This document shows, one piece after another, positions 1-8,779 of a stretch of DNA of 17,945 bases. Numbering within the stretch: position 1 is the stretch's first letter; each line of letters starts with the position of its first letter. The notes under the pieces were generated by a model. That model was not told where the DNA came from. It saw only the letters and a list, made by a program, of their open reading frames with translations, and did not search any database. The position numbers and the translations under genes were made by a program. The DNA is taken from IMG/VR virus record IMGVR_UViG_3300010409_000003. One strand, 5' to 3'. Origin of the DNA: a virus. Its lineage: Duplodnaviria > Heunggongvirae > Uroviricota > Caudoviricetes.

Positions 1-479
1 TGTTGTAATTCTTTAATTTGTTGGTGTATCTTTATCTTAGAATGATAAGAGTACTTCTTTAATTCAGATAAGTAAAGTTCTTTAATTTTATCAAAGTTAT
101 CCAACACTTTAGTTACTTTGATATTATAATCAATAATATTTGTTTTAGTGTAGTCAGAAGCAGGTATTAAGTACCTCACACCTAACTCACTTTCCCTATA
201 ATCCCCTTCTATACTAGTTATTTTATGTTTGTCAATATTAGCTGTACCTATAACTTCATCTATTCCTTCTAGTAACTTTAGCTTATAGTCTTCTACACTA
301 GGAGCTGTGAAGTCTAAATCCACCTCTAACCACTTAATACACGTTTCGCTTTCAGGTATTTCCTCTAAACAAACCTCATTACCTTCTAATAGTGAAGTAG
401 TTAACTCTACATACGTAGTCGTATCCATATCCATATTTCTTAAAACTTTACGTAGCATGCCTGTGTTTACTGTACTCAT
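1..479 (-). CDS. Hypothetical protein, 3'-truncated at the left edge (not in ORF track); MSTVNTGMLRKVLRNMDMDTTTYVELTTSLLEGNEVCLEEIPESETCIKWLEVDLDF...
   Basis: ATG at 479 preceded by GAGGAG-TAAAC, which overlaps the end of the upstream ORF. Manual translation stays open for 159 codons to position 1. Confidence 0.85.
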   Translation of the reverse strand, partial: MSTVNTGMLRKVLRNMDMDTTTYVELTTSLLEGNEVCLEEIPESETCIKWLEVDLDFTAPSVEDYKLKLLEGIDEVIGTANIDKHKITSIEGDYRESELGVRYLIPASDYTKTNIIDYNIKVTKVLDNFDKIKELYLSELKKYSYHSKIKIHQQIKELQ

Positions 480-481
480 GT

Positions 482-829
482 TTACTCCTCCAATTTCCAA
501 GAATTATCCTCTATACTTTGTAATATATCGTAAGCACCTCCTAATTTTTCTTTAAGAAGTGCTACTGCATTATCATTCACAGACTTTTCCTTAGATAAGT
601 AGTTTACCTTATCTTTAATTTGAGATTCTATACGTAGTCCCCAATCTTCTAGAATCTTATTAAAATCTCCGACATTAACACTACAACCATTAATAGTTAA
701 ATCTACTTGTAGCTTCTTTGGGTCAAAATCACTCCTACCCGTTAAAGCCTGCACTTCACCTTGCAGCATCAAGTGGTTAAAGTAGGTGGGAATCCTTAAG
801 TTATGTTCAGCATTATATTCTTCACTCAT
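482..829 (-). CDS. Hypothetical phage protein (115 aa)
   Basis: SD AAAGGAG upstream of ATG; same strand and packing as neighbours; no recognisable motif. Confidence 0.85.
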   Translation of the reverse strand: MSEEYNAEHNLRIPTYFNHLMLQGEVQALTGRSDFDPKKLQVDLTINGCSVNVGDFNKILEDWGLRIESQIKDKVNYLSKEKSVNDNAVALLKEKLGGAYDILQSIEDNSWKLEE

Positions 830-869
830 ATTTATTCTCCTTTATTATAAAATTTAAGGTTTCTTAAAC

Positions 870-925
870 AAAAAAAACCTCTTTGAAATCTAACTAAGGT
901 AATCTTAGCCTATCTCAAAGAGGTT
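870..925 (-). terminator. Long-stem intrinsic terminator after nrdB
   Basis: Perfect 11-bp inverted repeat AACCTCTTTGA/TCAAAGAGGTT (876-886, 915-925). The stem extends inward with G-U pairs and CTAAG/CTTAG, and is followed by a U tract (A8 at 870-877 on plus). Confidence 0.75.
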
Positions 926-930
926 ATCAA
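902..930 (-). promoter_or_regulatory. Putative sigma70 promoter inside the terminator hairpin
   Basis: TTGATA (930-925), 17-nt spacer, TAAGAT (907-902). Confidence 0.5.
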
Positions 931-949
931 GTTTTATTTATAATTTATT

Positions 950-2050
950 TTAATCAAAGTCAAAATCTTCATCACCAGTATCATCTACACTAGCACCAGT
1001 AAGATAATTGGATACTTCTGATTCCTGTGCTGCGACCTGTTTCATGTCAGCTTTAGTGTACTTATTCATCCAACCTGCAAAGGGGTTTGTAGCTACTACT
1101 TTAAAGCCCCAATCAACTTCTAGACGTAAGTATAAGTCCCTAGAAAGAAACAATACATAGTCTTTAAGTATCTCAGCATTAAAACCTACAAGAGATTTAC
1201 ATTTAGTAAATAAATGGTCACACCAATCTAATTCCTGTAACACTACTTTATCCATTATAGTTTTAACTTCAGGTAATGTAGATTCCCACTCTTCCCAACG
1301 TTCCTTATTCTTAATAATATTCAAGAATGCTAGGTTGTTATTCTTATGACTTATTGCTTCATCATCGTGGATTAAACCTACAAGCTTGCCAACACCATTT
1401 AAACGTTGAGTAGACTCACATAAAGCAAAGGTATTCGCAAAGCTACCTAAGAACATGATTCCTTCAAAACATAATAAAGATACTATAGTCTTTATAACTG
1501 TGGACTTACAGTAAGAAGGATTAGTCTGGTACAAGTTGTTATACTTATAGTCATGTAACATATTATCGTGGGTCTTAAAGTGTTCATTAAGGAAGTCCAA
1601 CCTAGATAACATAACTTCATTAACCTTAATACGCTCTAGTAACTCATTAGGGTTCTTAAACGCTTCTGAGATGATACGTAAGTATGTCTTAGCGTGAATA
1701 CTCTCAGTCATAGACCAGTACTCTACCAAACCTACTGCGGAGTTGTTAGAGAGAATAGGTACAAATAAAGAACTTATAGTACCACTTACTCTACTATCCC
1801 CTGCCATTTGAAAGGAAAGATTCTCTATTAGTAAGTCTTTAACCTCCTCATCTAAATCTTCTATGTCATTTGCATCCGTTACTAGGGATATCTCATTAGC
1901 TTTCCAAAAAAGAGCTTGTTGGTTATCATCTAACTCTTCTAATTCTGGGTAAGGCTCATTGAAAGTATCAAATAGTCCTAGAGGTTTCCCGAAGAATAAA
2001 GGGTATTCACCTGTTAAGTTTCCGTCATTACTTATATCAAAAGTTCTCAT
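950..2050 (-). CDS. nrdB: Ribonucleotide reductase class Ia beta subunit
   Basis: FW at the W48-equivalent, GDS (D84), ESIHAKTY (E115/H118/radical Y122), FEGIMF (E204), DEAISH (E238/H241 region), C-terminal SNY (Y356-equivalent); adjacent to nrdA. Confidence 0.96.
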   Translation of the reverse strand: MRTFDISNDGNLTGEYPLFFGKPLGLFDTFNEPYPELEELDDNQQALFWKANEISLVTDANDIEDLDEEVKDLLIENLSFQMAGDSRVSGTISSLFVPILSNNSAVGLVEYWSMTESIHAKTYLRIISEAFKNPNELLERIKVNEVMLSRLDFLNEHFKTHDNMLHDYKYNNLYQTNPSYCKSTVIKTIVSLLCFEGIMFLGSFANTFALCESTQRLNGVGKLVGLIHDDEAISHKNNNLAFLNIIKNKERWEEWESTLPEVKTIMDKVVLQELDWCDHLFTKCKSLVGFNAEILKDYVLFLSRDLYLRLEVDWGFKVVATNPFAGWMNKYTKADMKQVAAQESEVSNYLTGASVDDTGDEDFDFD

Positions 2051-2063
2051 TTAATCTCCTTTA

Positions 2064-4259
2064 TTATAAAGAGCAACTTGTACAGCCACTTTCTGTCTCT
2101 AAAACCTTAGATTCTCCTCTACCAGTTTTAGTATTATTATAGTACCAAGTTTTCATACCCATCTTATTAGCATAGAGTATTCGTTTAATTAACTCAGTAG
2201 TACTTACCTTCCCGTTACCTTTACTTAAATCTTCATAGGTATCAGCACTTATACCTTGGTCATTCCACTTCTGGAATATAGCATACATATCTATTAATGT
2301 ATACGGGTTTAAGCTATAAGCATTCTCATACTCTAACTCATCTACTTCTGGTGCAAAGAATTGTACTAACCCTCCTTTACTATCTTTATACACTACATCG
2401 TGACGTATAGGGTATAGACCATTAGTACCATTACCCATTACACTACTACTCTCACAAGGCATATGTGCTACTAGTGTACTGAACCTAACTCCATGTACTA
2501 GAGAGTCTGACTGTAACGCAGACCAATCATATCTTAAACTACCGTTAGTTACAAGAGAATCTACATTACTTTTGTAAGTTTCTAAAGGAGTCCAACCATC
2601 TGCCCATCTAGTCTTGTCGTAATGACTAAACTTACCACGTTCCTTAGCTATACGTATGCTTGCTTTCATTAAGAAGTAATAGTGGCGTTCGGCTAAGTAG
2701 TGTAAATATTCAACATCATCAAACTTCTTATCTTCTTTAGCTAGATGGTAAGCTAGATTAGTTAACCCTACGCCAACACTTCTAAAGTACTTAGCTGTAA
2801 CTTCCATCTGTGGTAGGGGGTAACTCATAGTTTCTATTAAATTATCTAAAGACTTAAGAATTATATATGCTGTCTCTTCATAGTCATTATCATCTGTTAT
2901 ACGTGCTAAGTCGATAGCTGATAAGAAACATTGAGCCGTTACACCATCCCCTGCTTTATAAGTAGTTTTGTAGAGGTCGGCTACGCTATCATACTCCTTA
3001 GTGGGTAACATGATCTCCATACATAAATTTGATTGTCTTATGACATCCTCTTTCCAAGGTGTGTGAGCGTTAGCATTATCTACATTCTTCCAGTATAGTC
3101 TACCAGTCTCTAATCTATTGTTAGTGTACTGCTTAAGTATATCTAATGCTTTAACTGATCTACTTTCATTATCAGCCAGTTGAGTCAAATTACCACTATA
3201 AAACGATTCATGTACTTCAGGGGACATCTTCTTACTATACAAGTTCCAATCTTGCCTAGTGGCTGCACTCTTAAGGAATTCATTATTCCATACTAGTGAA
3301 TAGTCTAGTTGGTCTATACGCTTTGTCTCTGGACTACGTTTTAACTTCAGGTTTAATAGTGTTTCTATTTCAGGGTCTAATACATTAAAACTGACAGTGG
3401 CACTACCTCCTCGATTCGACTGTTTCACTTCATCTGTAATCTTATCCAGTACTCTATAATGAGGTAGTTTACCTCCTGCCTTAGCATAACCTTTTCTAAC
3501 TGGGTCTCTAGGACTACGTACATCGTACTCAACCCCTAAACCTGCACTAGAAGCTGTTGCCATAAAAGCTACATGCTTAGTTGCTTCAATACCACCCAGA
3601 CTATCACCTGCTGTAGATATTACACAGCTAACTCCCGTATTACTCTCAGTACGTTGCTGACTCAATACTGGACTAGGTATATTTATTTTCTGTAAGGAAG
3701 CTTTGTGGTAATACATTACTACATCTTCTAAGGTTCCTGACTCCATCATTGACATAGCTACTGCCATGTAAGTATACTGAGGGAGTTCTAGTAGATTCCC
3801 TTCTTCATCTTTAGTAGCGTACTTATCGTTATACTGTCGTAATGTAGGGTATCCATATAATAAATCTCTATCTTGATTCTCAGAAACTATTTCACTTAAG
3901 GTTTCTAATTCATTTGAAGTATAGGCCATATCTCTGTAGTAGCCGTCTTCTACCATACTGTAGTAGTGGTCTTTAAAATTAGGTAATGCAAAACTAGACT
4001 TACGTAAGCTACCTAGAACTAACCTACCTGCTACTTTATTGTGTTTATAGTCTTCACGTTCAATACATACCTTGATTAAAGACTCTTGTATCTCCTGAGC
4101 TGTTACTACCTTCTTACCTAATAGGCGTACCGCATCCATTACAATATCTGACCAAGGTACACTAGGAGCGGCTTCTACTGCCCATGTTGCCATTGAATTA
4201 ATCTTATCCGCATTAAAGTCTTCTAATGTTCCATCTCTTTTAATCACACTTTCTATCAT
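2064..4259 (-). CDS. nrdA: Ribonucleotide reductase class Ia alpha subunit (731 aa; start corrected from 4316 to 4259)
   Basis: N-terminal ATP cone (VIKRDG...FNADKI), catalytic SC, QSNLCME and QC, WYY radical-transfer pair, C-terminal CTSC. SD GAAGGA lies before ATG 4259; the 19-aa extension in the track runs through a terminator hairpin. Confidence 0.96.
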   Translation of the reverse strand: MIESVIKRDGTLEDFNADKINSMATWAVEAAPSVPWSDIVMDAVRLLGKKVVTAQEIQESLIKVCIEREDYKHNKVAGRLVLGSLRKSSFALPNFKDHYYSMVEDGYYRDMAYTSNELETLSEIVSENQDRDLLYGYPTLRQYNDKYATKDEEGNLLELPQYTYMAVAMSMMESGTLEDVVMYYHKASLQKINIPSPVLSQQRTESNTGVSCVISTAGDSLGGIEATKHVAFMATASSAGLGVEYDVRSPRDPVRKGYAKAGGKLPHYRVLDKITDEVKQSNRGGSATVSFNVLDPEIETLLNLKLKRSPETKRIDQLDYSLVWNNEFLKSAATRQDWNLYSKKMSPEVHESFYSGNLTQLADNESRSVKALDILKQYTNNRLETGRLYWKNVDNANAHTPWKEDVIRQSNLCMEIMLPTKEYDSVADLYKTTYKAGDGVTAQCFLSAIDLARITDDNDYEETAYIILKSLDNLIETMSYPLPQMEVTAKYFRSVGVGLTNLAYHLAKEDKKFDDVEYLHYLAERHYYFLMKASIRIAKERGKFSHYDKTRWADGWTPLETYKSNVDSLVTNGSLRYDWSALQSDSLVHGVRFSTLVAHMPCESSSVMGNGTNGLYPIRHDVVYKDSKGGLVQFFAPEVDELEYENAYSLNPYTLIDMYAIFQKWNDQGISADTYEDLSKGNGKVSTTELIKRILYANKMGMKTWYYNNTKTGRGESKVLETESGCTSCSL

Positions 4260-4279
4260 ACTATTTCCTTCTATAAAGC

Positions 4280-4312
4280 AAAAAAGAGGGAGGACAAAAT
4301 ACCAACCCTCTT
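4280..4312 (-). terminator. Intrinsic terminator or attenuator between glutaredoxin and nrdA
   Basis: AAGAGGG/CCCTCTT stem with additional inner GG/CC pairs, followed by TTTTTT on the minus strand. Confidence 0.65.
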
Positions 4313-4324
4313 GCACAAATTATT

Positions 4325-4537
4325 CTAATTAATCAAGAACCCTAATGACACTGGCTCTCCGTCTTCTATTATAACTGGTACAGACCTAAATCCTAGATTC
4401 TTAATCTTATTTAAGTCTTTTAAGTTTTCTTCTAATGATAAGTCAACATACGTATATTCAATCTTATGATTAGCTAACTCTTCTTTTGTTCTCTCACATT
4501 CTGGACAAAGTGGTTTACCATAAACTATGATACTCAA
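4325..4537 (-). CDS. Glutaredoxin / NrdH-like redoxin
   Basis: IIVYGKPLCPEC (CxxC) and RSVPVI cis-Pro motif; 70 aa; directly upstream of nrdA. Confidence 0.92.
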   Translation of the reverse strand: MSIIVYGKPLCPECERTKEELANHKIEYTYVDLSLEENLKDLNKIKNLGFRSVPVIIEDGEPVSLGFLIN

Positions 4538-4845
4538 ATCTTATCTCCTATACTCTTCGCTATATTCCCTCTAAACACTTCCAGTAACTCCTCAGAAGCA
4601 TTCCCACTTTCACGCCATACTTTATCAGACCTTTCTAGCGCTGTCCAGTAAATTTGTTGCTCTATTTTAAGATTATCATTTGGATTCCTAAATAGCCCTG
4701 TAAGCTGTTCAAACCCATACTTGGTATCAATACCTAGGTTATACAATAAAACCTCTAAATCTTCTTCTGAGGAGGTCTCAGGGTTAACTTCTGGGTAATG
4801 GCTTAGTAGTTCAGTTAACATTACATTTTTAAATGGTATTTTCAT
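4534..4845 (-). CDS. Hypothetical phage protein (103 aa)
   Basis: 4-nt overlaps with both neighbours; no motif assigned. Confidence 0.85.
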   Translation of the reverse strand: MKIPFKNVMLTELLSHYPEVNPETSSEEDLEVLLYNLGIDTKYGFEQLTGLFRNPNDNLKIEQQIYWTALERSDKVWRESGNASEELLEVFRGNIAKSIGDKI

Positions 4846-5777
4846 TTAGTGTCCTCATATTCATTACATACATTCTTAGGAATAAGTTGTCTATGTTGAA
4901 TCCAACCTTTAAAGTTACCACTCCATACTCTCCAGTTAGTATCTATATGAGTAATCCCTTCGCTATCCTTAGTATCTAATAAGTAAGACTCTGGTTGCTT
5001 CATAGGAGTTGCTTGATGTTCAGTAGGTACAGCATGTATTGGATTACCATCTCCAGTATCAACTAGCATGCCCCACACTTTATTAACCTTATCTTCTGAT
5101 AAATCTAGCTTTCTAAAACTAACTTGTGCGATACCTGCTGCTGATACTTTCTTAGCCCACCCTAAATCTTCACCTGAATCTTTACGTAATACTCCAAGTT
5201 CATTATAGTAAGGTACATGCCAATCTCCAATATCTAATATAGTTGGTACACTTTCTTGCATAGCTTTATAAATACAATCAGCTAATTCTTTAATCTCTGG
5301 TTGTGCATCCTTGTGACATCTTAAGTGGAAGAAGTTATCCCACTCTGTAGCAGTAATCACACCTTTAATCATAGTATAGGGTTCTAGTAACCTGTTGACA
5401 ATTTGCTTATGTGCCTCATACTCAGTATCCATATAAGAAGCACTCTTAGATACTATAGTGGCTAGTAAATCCCAATCTTCCTTTAAGTTTTCTAATTGTG
5501 TGCCCGTCACTTCATTATCAGCTTGCATACCTGACTGTTTCTTACCCCAATGTACAGGTACAGCAGGATTCTCTCTAACACTTGCAATTACATCTTGTAC
5601 TGGTACAGCCCTACTTGATTGAAAGTTCATTGACATTGTACGGTGCTTACTTAACTCCGCTAGTACCCAACGGTGACAAGTAATTTCAATAGTTGTAATA
5701 CGTTTATTCTCAGGAGATAAGCTATCAGCTACAACACCTACTTCAATACCACATTTACCTTTGATAGTTGTTAACAT
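4842..5777 (-). CDS. thyX: Flavin-dependent thymidylate synthase (Thy1/ThyX)
   Basis: KHRTMSMNFQSSRAVP matches the phage variant of the ThyX RHRxxSxxxxSxR motif; also HKQIVNRLLEPY, NFFHLR...AQPEI and A.VSFR. Confidence 0.9.
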   Translation of the reverse strand: MLTTIKGKCGIEVGVVADSLSPENKRITTIEITCHRWVLAELSKHRTMSMNFQSSRAVPVQDVIASVRENPAVPVHWGKKQSGMQADNEVTGTQLENLKEDWDLLATIVSKSASYMDTEYEAHKQIVNRLLEPYTMIKGVITATEWDNFFHLRCHKDAQPEIKELADCIYKAMQESVPTILDIGDWHVPYYNELGVLRKDSGEDLGWAKKVSAAGIAQVSFRKLDLSEDKVNKVWGMLVDTGDGNPIHAVPTEHQATPMKQPESYLLDTKDSEGITHIDTNWRVWSGNFKGWIQHRQLIPKNVCNEYEDTK

Positions 5778-6394
5778 TAATAATCACCCTCCTTTAAGAA
5801 TACCCCATTTACTTTAATAAGTGTATGCTTTAAACGTTTCATCGCACCTGAAGGTGTTAACCCTATAAGTTCTGCATATTCTTTAATATTCATAGTTACT
5901 CCTTTATATTTAATCTTAATACTACGTCTCCTGTTATTAGCTTGTGTGGTTGCTGTAGCCCAAATGCAGTTCTCTTTTGAGTACCCACCGTTATTATCTA
6001 CTCTTTCTAGAGACATGTTACTAGGCCTATCACCCATATCTTTATGGAATTGCTCAAAAGAGTTCACCCAAGAAGGGCAGATAGTTATACCTCTTCCGCC
6101 ATAGTTCTTGTAATTTGTACTACTAGATGAATTACACCTAGATTTCATAGCCACCCATGTTTTATACGTAGGTGTTCCTTCTTGACCATGTGTTCTAGCA
6201 GACTCTCGTTGAAGGCATCCACAAGAACGAGTAGACCTTCTTAAAGATTGCCCAGATACCTCTTTGTACTTACCGCAAGAGCACCTACATAGATATTTGA
6301 TATGGTTGTGTTTATCTCTTAGTAACACTTCCTCTACTACATAAAGCCTACCGAAAGTCTTACCAACTAAATTTATCTTAGTGGTTCTACCCAT
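5777..6394 (-). CDS. Free-standing HNH homing endonuclease
   Basis: N-terminal GKTFGRLYV...CRCSCG...SCGC, then WVAMKSRC, YGGRGITIC and SLERVDNNGGYSKENCIWAT, typical of phage HNH homing endonucleases. TAATG coupling at both ends. Confidence 0.9.
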   Translation of the reverse strand: MGRTTKINLVGKTFGRLYVVEEVLLRDKHNHIKYLCRCSCGKYKEVSGQSLRRSTRSCGCLQRESARTHGQEGTPTYKTWVAMKSRCNSSSSTNYKNYGGRGITICPSWVNSFEQFHKDMGDRPSNMSLERVDNNGGYSKENCIWATATTQANNRRRSIKIKYKGVTMNIKEYAELIGLTPSGAMKRLKHTLIKVNGVFLKEGDY

Positions 6395-6810
6395 TAATCC
6401 TCCTTAATTAAATCCTCTTCTTTTACGTAGATACCTCCTACAAGCTTCCCTCTACGCTCTTTAATATCGTCCCAAGCGCTCTCAACACAACTAAGAGTAG
6501 ATTCACCTACTTGTTCTGCTAGGTTAACCTGTACTACAATCATATCCCCTAAAGCATCTGCATAAGCTGTACTAGCGTCTTCTGGTTCTACAGTTTTAAT
6601 GCGATCATCTATCAACAAATCATATAATAGGTCTTCGATGTAAGCTGCTATAGCTGAAGGACTCTCACCTGCTTTCTGTGCTGCAACTAATTCTGTAAAT
6701 TCTTCTAATAGCTTTTTAGTTTGTGCCCAAGGAGTACTACCTTCAATTAAACCTCTATCATTGTGCCATTGCTTAATCTTCTCTACGTAGCTATCAATAT
6801 TTTCATTCAT
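6394..6810 (-). CDS. MazG-like NTP pyrophosphohydrolase
   Basis: KQWHNDRGL, KLLEEFTEL and DALGD acidic metal-binding motifs; C-terminal AWDDIKERRGKLVGGIYVKEED. Confidence 0.82.
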   Translation of the reverse strand: MNENIDSYVEKIKQWHNDRGLIEGSTPWAQTKKLLEEFTELVAAQKAGESPSAIAAYIEDLLYDLLIDDRIKTVEPEDASTAYADALGDMIVVQVNLAEQVGESTLSCVESAWDDIKERRGKLVGGIYVKEEDLIKED

Positions 6811-7158
6811 CTACTTCCCCTTACTCTCTAATTCAATTTCATACTGTAACCAACGATTAGCATAATCAGCTATCTTAGTTACCTCTTTTACAATACTATC
6901 TTTCTTTCCTAAACGTTTACTATATTTACCTATTGTAAACTTCATAGCACCTCTAAACTCTTCTGGTGTAAACTCAGCCGCACAAGCATCTATATAGTCT
7001 AATTTACCGTCTAAGTCTTGGTAACGTTCTTGCTTAGGGAATGTAGCTTCTTTATCTTCTTCCATATCCATTTCCTCGTAAACACTTAAGGGGGCTTTAC
7101 TATTATTATAAACCTCATATCCACCTTCTTCATGGTATCTATCTATGCCACTACCCAT
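6811..7158 (-). CDS. DUF3310-family protein (T7 gp1.7-like putative nucleotide kinase)
   Basis: RY...YIDA...EEFRGAMKFTIGKYSKRLGKKD pattern characteristic of DUF3310. Confidence 0.7.
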   Translation of the reverse strand: MGSGIDRYHEEGGYEVYNNSKAPLSVYEEMDMEEDKEATFPKQERYQDLDGKLDYIDACAAEFTPEEFRGAMKFTIGKYSKRLGKKDSIVKEVTKIADYANRWLQYEIELESKGK

Positions 7159-7187
7159 TTTTATTCTCTCCTTTTGTTAGACAGCGT

Positions 7188-7217
7188 ATGATAACTTAAA
7201 TACCATAACACTGTCAA
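7188..7217 (-). promoter_or_regulatory. Putative sigma70 promoter for the DUF3310-mazG-HNH-thyX-grx block
   Basis: Perfect TTGACA (7217-7212), 18-nt spacer, TATCAT (7193-7188), in an intergenic gap. Confidence 0.7.
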
Positions 7218-7235
7218 TTAAGATTTAGTATTTAC

Positions 7236-8204
7236 CTAAATAATATTTGCTTTTAGGGTTTGTCTCTTATTCTTAGGTATTAAGTTAGTCCTTCCTCTCT
7301 GACTAGAACCGCAACTATTACAGACAAACTTATCAAATTTACTTAGATTAGTACAATGGTAACCTACATGTTTCCAATCGTCATGCCCACAAGAACATAG
7401 GTTAGTCTCACCTTCGGTGTAAGTATTAATATTAGGGTGATTACTAACCCAAGGTCTTAACTTATGGTATAACTCTTCAGTAGAGAGTATATCGTTCAGA
7501 TTATAAAGCTCCATCTCATTCCAAGCCTCTAAGTTACCTGCTAAACAAGCTTTCCATAAGTTAAAACCTGCAAACTTCCCGTGGTCTAATTTCTTATACT
7601 TAGTACACAGTTTATCTGTCATATACTCTAACTTGTTACTAGTGAAGCCAAAGTGACGTTTAGCCATCAAGAGCGTGTCCACTTGTCTATAGTGTGATGG
7701 AGGTTTAAAACCATTAAGTATTAACCTTGCATTGATTTTCTTACTATCAAACTTCTGACTATTCTGTCCGCATACAATATCAGCTTCGTCTAGGAGTTTC
7801 CAGATTTCTTCTAACAATTGTGTATCATCTTCATCGTCAAAAGTATCTCGTTTATCTGAATAGAATACTTCATCTTCTCCCTCCCACTTGGCAGCATAGC
7901 TAAGGATGTACCAATCACGTTCGATTTGATTCAGTCCTACATTCTGCTTCCATAGGCTCCAGACATTACCTAATATTGGTGCAGTCTCAATATCAATTAT
8001 AAGAGTCTTGTGAGCTTGTTTAGGTGTAAGAACTATACCACCCTCTACCTTAATCTCTCCACGACCAATATAACCTCTGATAGTACTCTCACGACTTTCT
8101 TGCCCTAAGACTTCCCTAGCTGCTTGACGTATACTTTCCTTATTAATATTAAGGACTTCTTCAATAGCTTCTATTTGTTCTGGTGTTAATGTTGTCTTAC
8201 TCAA
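7236..8204 (-). CDS. DEDD/DnaQ-like (RNase H fold) exonuclease with probable N-terminal HTH and C-terminal Cys cluster; TTG start
   Basis: IIDIET (Exo I), GQNSQKFD (Exo II), VDTL, YNLND (Exo III); CSCG...CNSCG tail; SD AAGGAG before TTG at 8204. Confidence 0.85.
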   Translation of the reverse strand: MSKTTLTPEQIEAIEEVLNINKESIRQAAREVLGQESRESTIRGYIGRGEIKVEGGIVLTPKQAHKTLIIDIETAPILGNVWSLWKQNVGLNQIERDWYILSYAAKWEGEDEVFYSDKRDTFDDEDDTQLLEEIWKLLDEADIVCGQNSQKFDSKKINARLILNGFKPPSHYRQVDTLLMAKRHFGFTSNKLEYMTDKLCTKYKKLDHGKFAGFNLWKACLAGNLEAWNEMELYNLNDILSTEELYHKLRPWVSNHPNINTYTEGETNLCSCGHDDWKHVGYHCTNLSKFDKFVCNSCGSSQRGRTNLIPKNKRQTLKANII

Positions 8205-8229
8205 ATTACTTCTCCTTTAGATTAATTAT

Positions 8230-8403
8230 TTAATAACTCTTAACTTTACTCGTTTTATTCCAATGCTTATTCGTGTAACCGCCTCTAGTTATACGTTCCT
8301 CTGTTATATACCCTCTATGGAACTCACTAGAGAATGTACCATGAATTCCTGTAACCTTACCATCGTTCTTATAGTGTTGTGCACCTTTTTCGTATTCAGT
8401 CAT
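8230..8403 (-). CDS. Small hypothetical protein, 57 aa (not in ORF track): MTEYEKGAQHYKNDGKVTGIHGTFSSEFHRGYITEERITRGGYTNKHWNKTSKVKSY
   Basis: SD TAAGGAG upstream; fills the gap between flanking genes almost exactly. Confidence 0.75.
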   Translation of the reverse strand: MTEYEKGAQHYKNDGKVTGIHGTFSSEFHRGYITEERITRGGYTNKHWNKTSKVKSY

Positions 8404-8404
8404 A

Positions 8405-8779
8405 CTACTTATACTCCTTACATTTTAGTAGCTTATCAAAAATTCCATCTTCATCCCATTCTCTTTTATAAATAGTATCCGAAGAGAAGGCTCCATACTT
8501 CTTAGCTTGCCAAGTCCTTGTAACCATATTATGATAAATGTCTTTAGTACTAGATAAACCTTCTAGAACCATACCTAAAGGTAGTAGTAATGTAGAAGCT
8601 ATACAACCCCATATATTAGGTATACACTCTATTACAATAGTTTTATCTTTGTAGTAATAATCATAAGTACAACTCCACTCCCACTTACGATACTCAAATA
8701 TATCATTCTGCTCTTTACGGGATATTCTAAAATGTTCATAACCTTCTTTAGTTAAGTCTTTATATACATATTCAGTCAC
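8405..8779 (-). CDS. Hypothetical protein with one hydrophobic segment; GTG start
   Basis: GTGACTGA overlap with the upstream stop; hydrophobic stretch IWGCIASTLLLPLGMVL. Confidence 0.8.
   Translation of the reverse strand: MTEYVYKDLTKEGYEHFRISRKEQNDIFEYRKWEWSCTYDYYYKDKTIVIECIPNIWGCIASTLLLPLGMVLEGLSSTKDIYHNMVTRTWQAKKYGAFSSDTIYKREWDEDGIFDKLLKCKEYK

Noticed and set aside
935-942. TATAAATA (T4 late promoter consensus) just upstream of the nrdB terminator, which could drive a small RNA
   Set aside because: A few copies are expected by chance in AT-rich DNA, and there is no evidence of a gp55-type sigma factor in this window.
4260-4316. 19-aa N-terminal extension of NrdA given by the track
   Set aside because: It runs through the terminator hairpin and has no SD; ATG 4259 has an SD and begins the ATP cone.
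950-5777. Group I introns or inteins in nrdA, nrdB or thyX (common hosts)
   Set aside because: The ORFs are uninterrupted and of normal length, with no intein C-terminal HN-C/S/T junction or extra domain seen.
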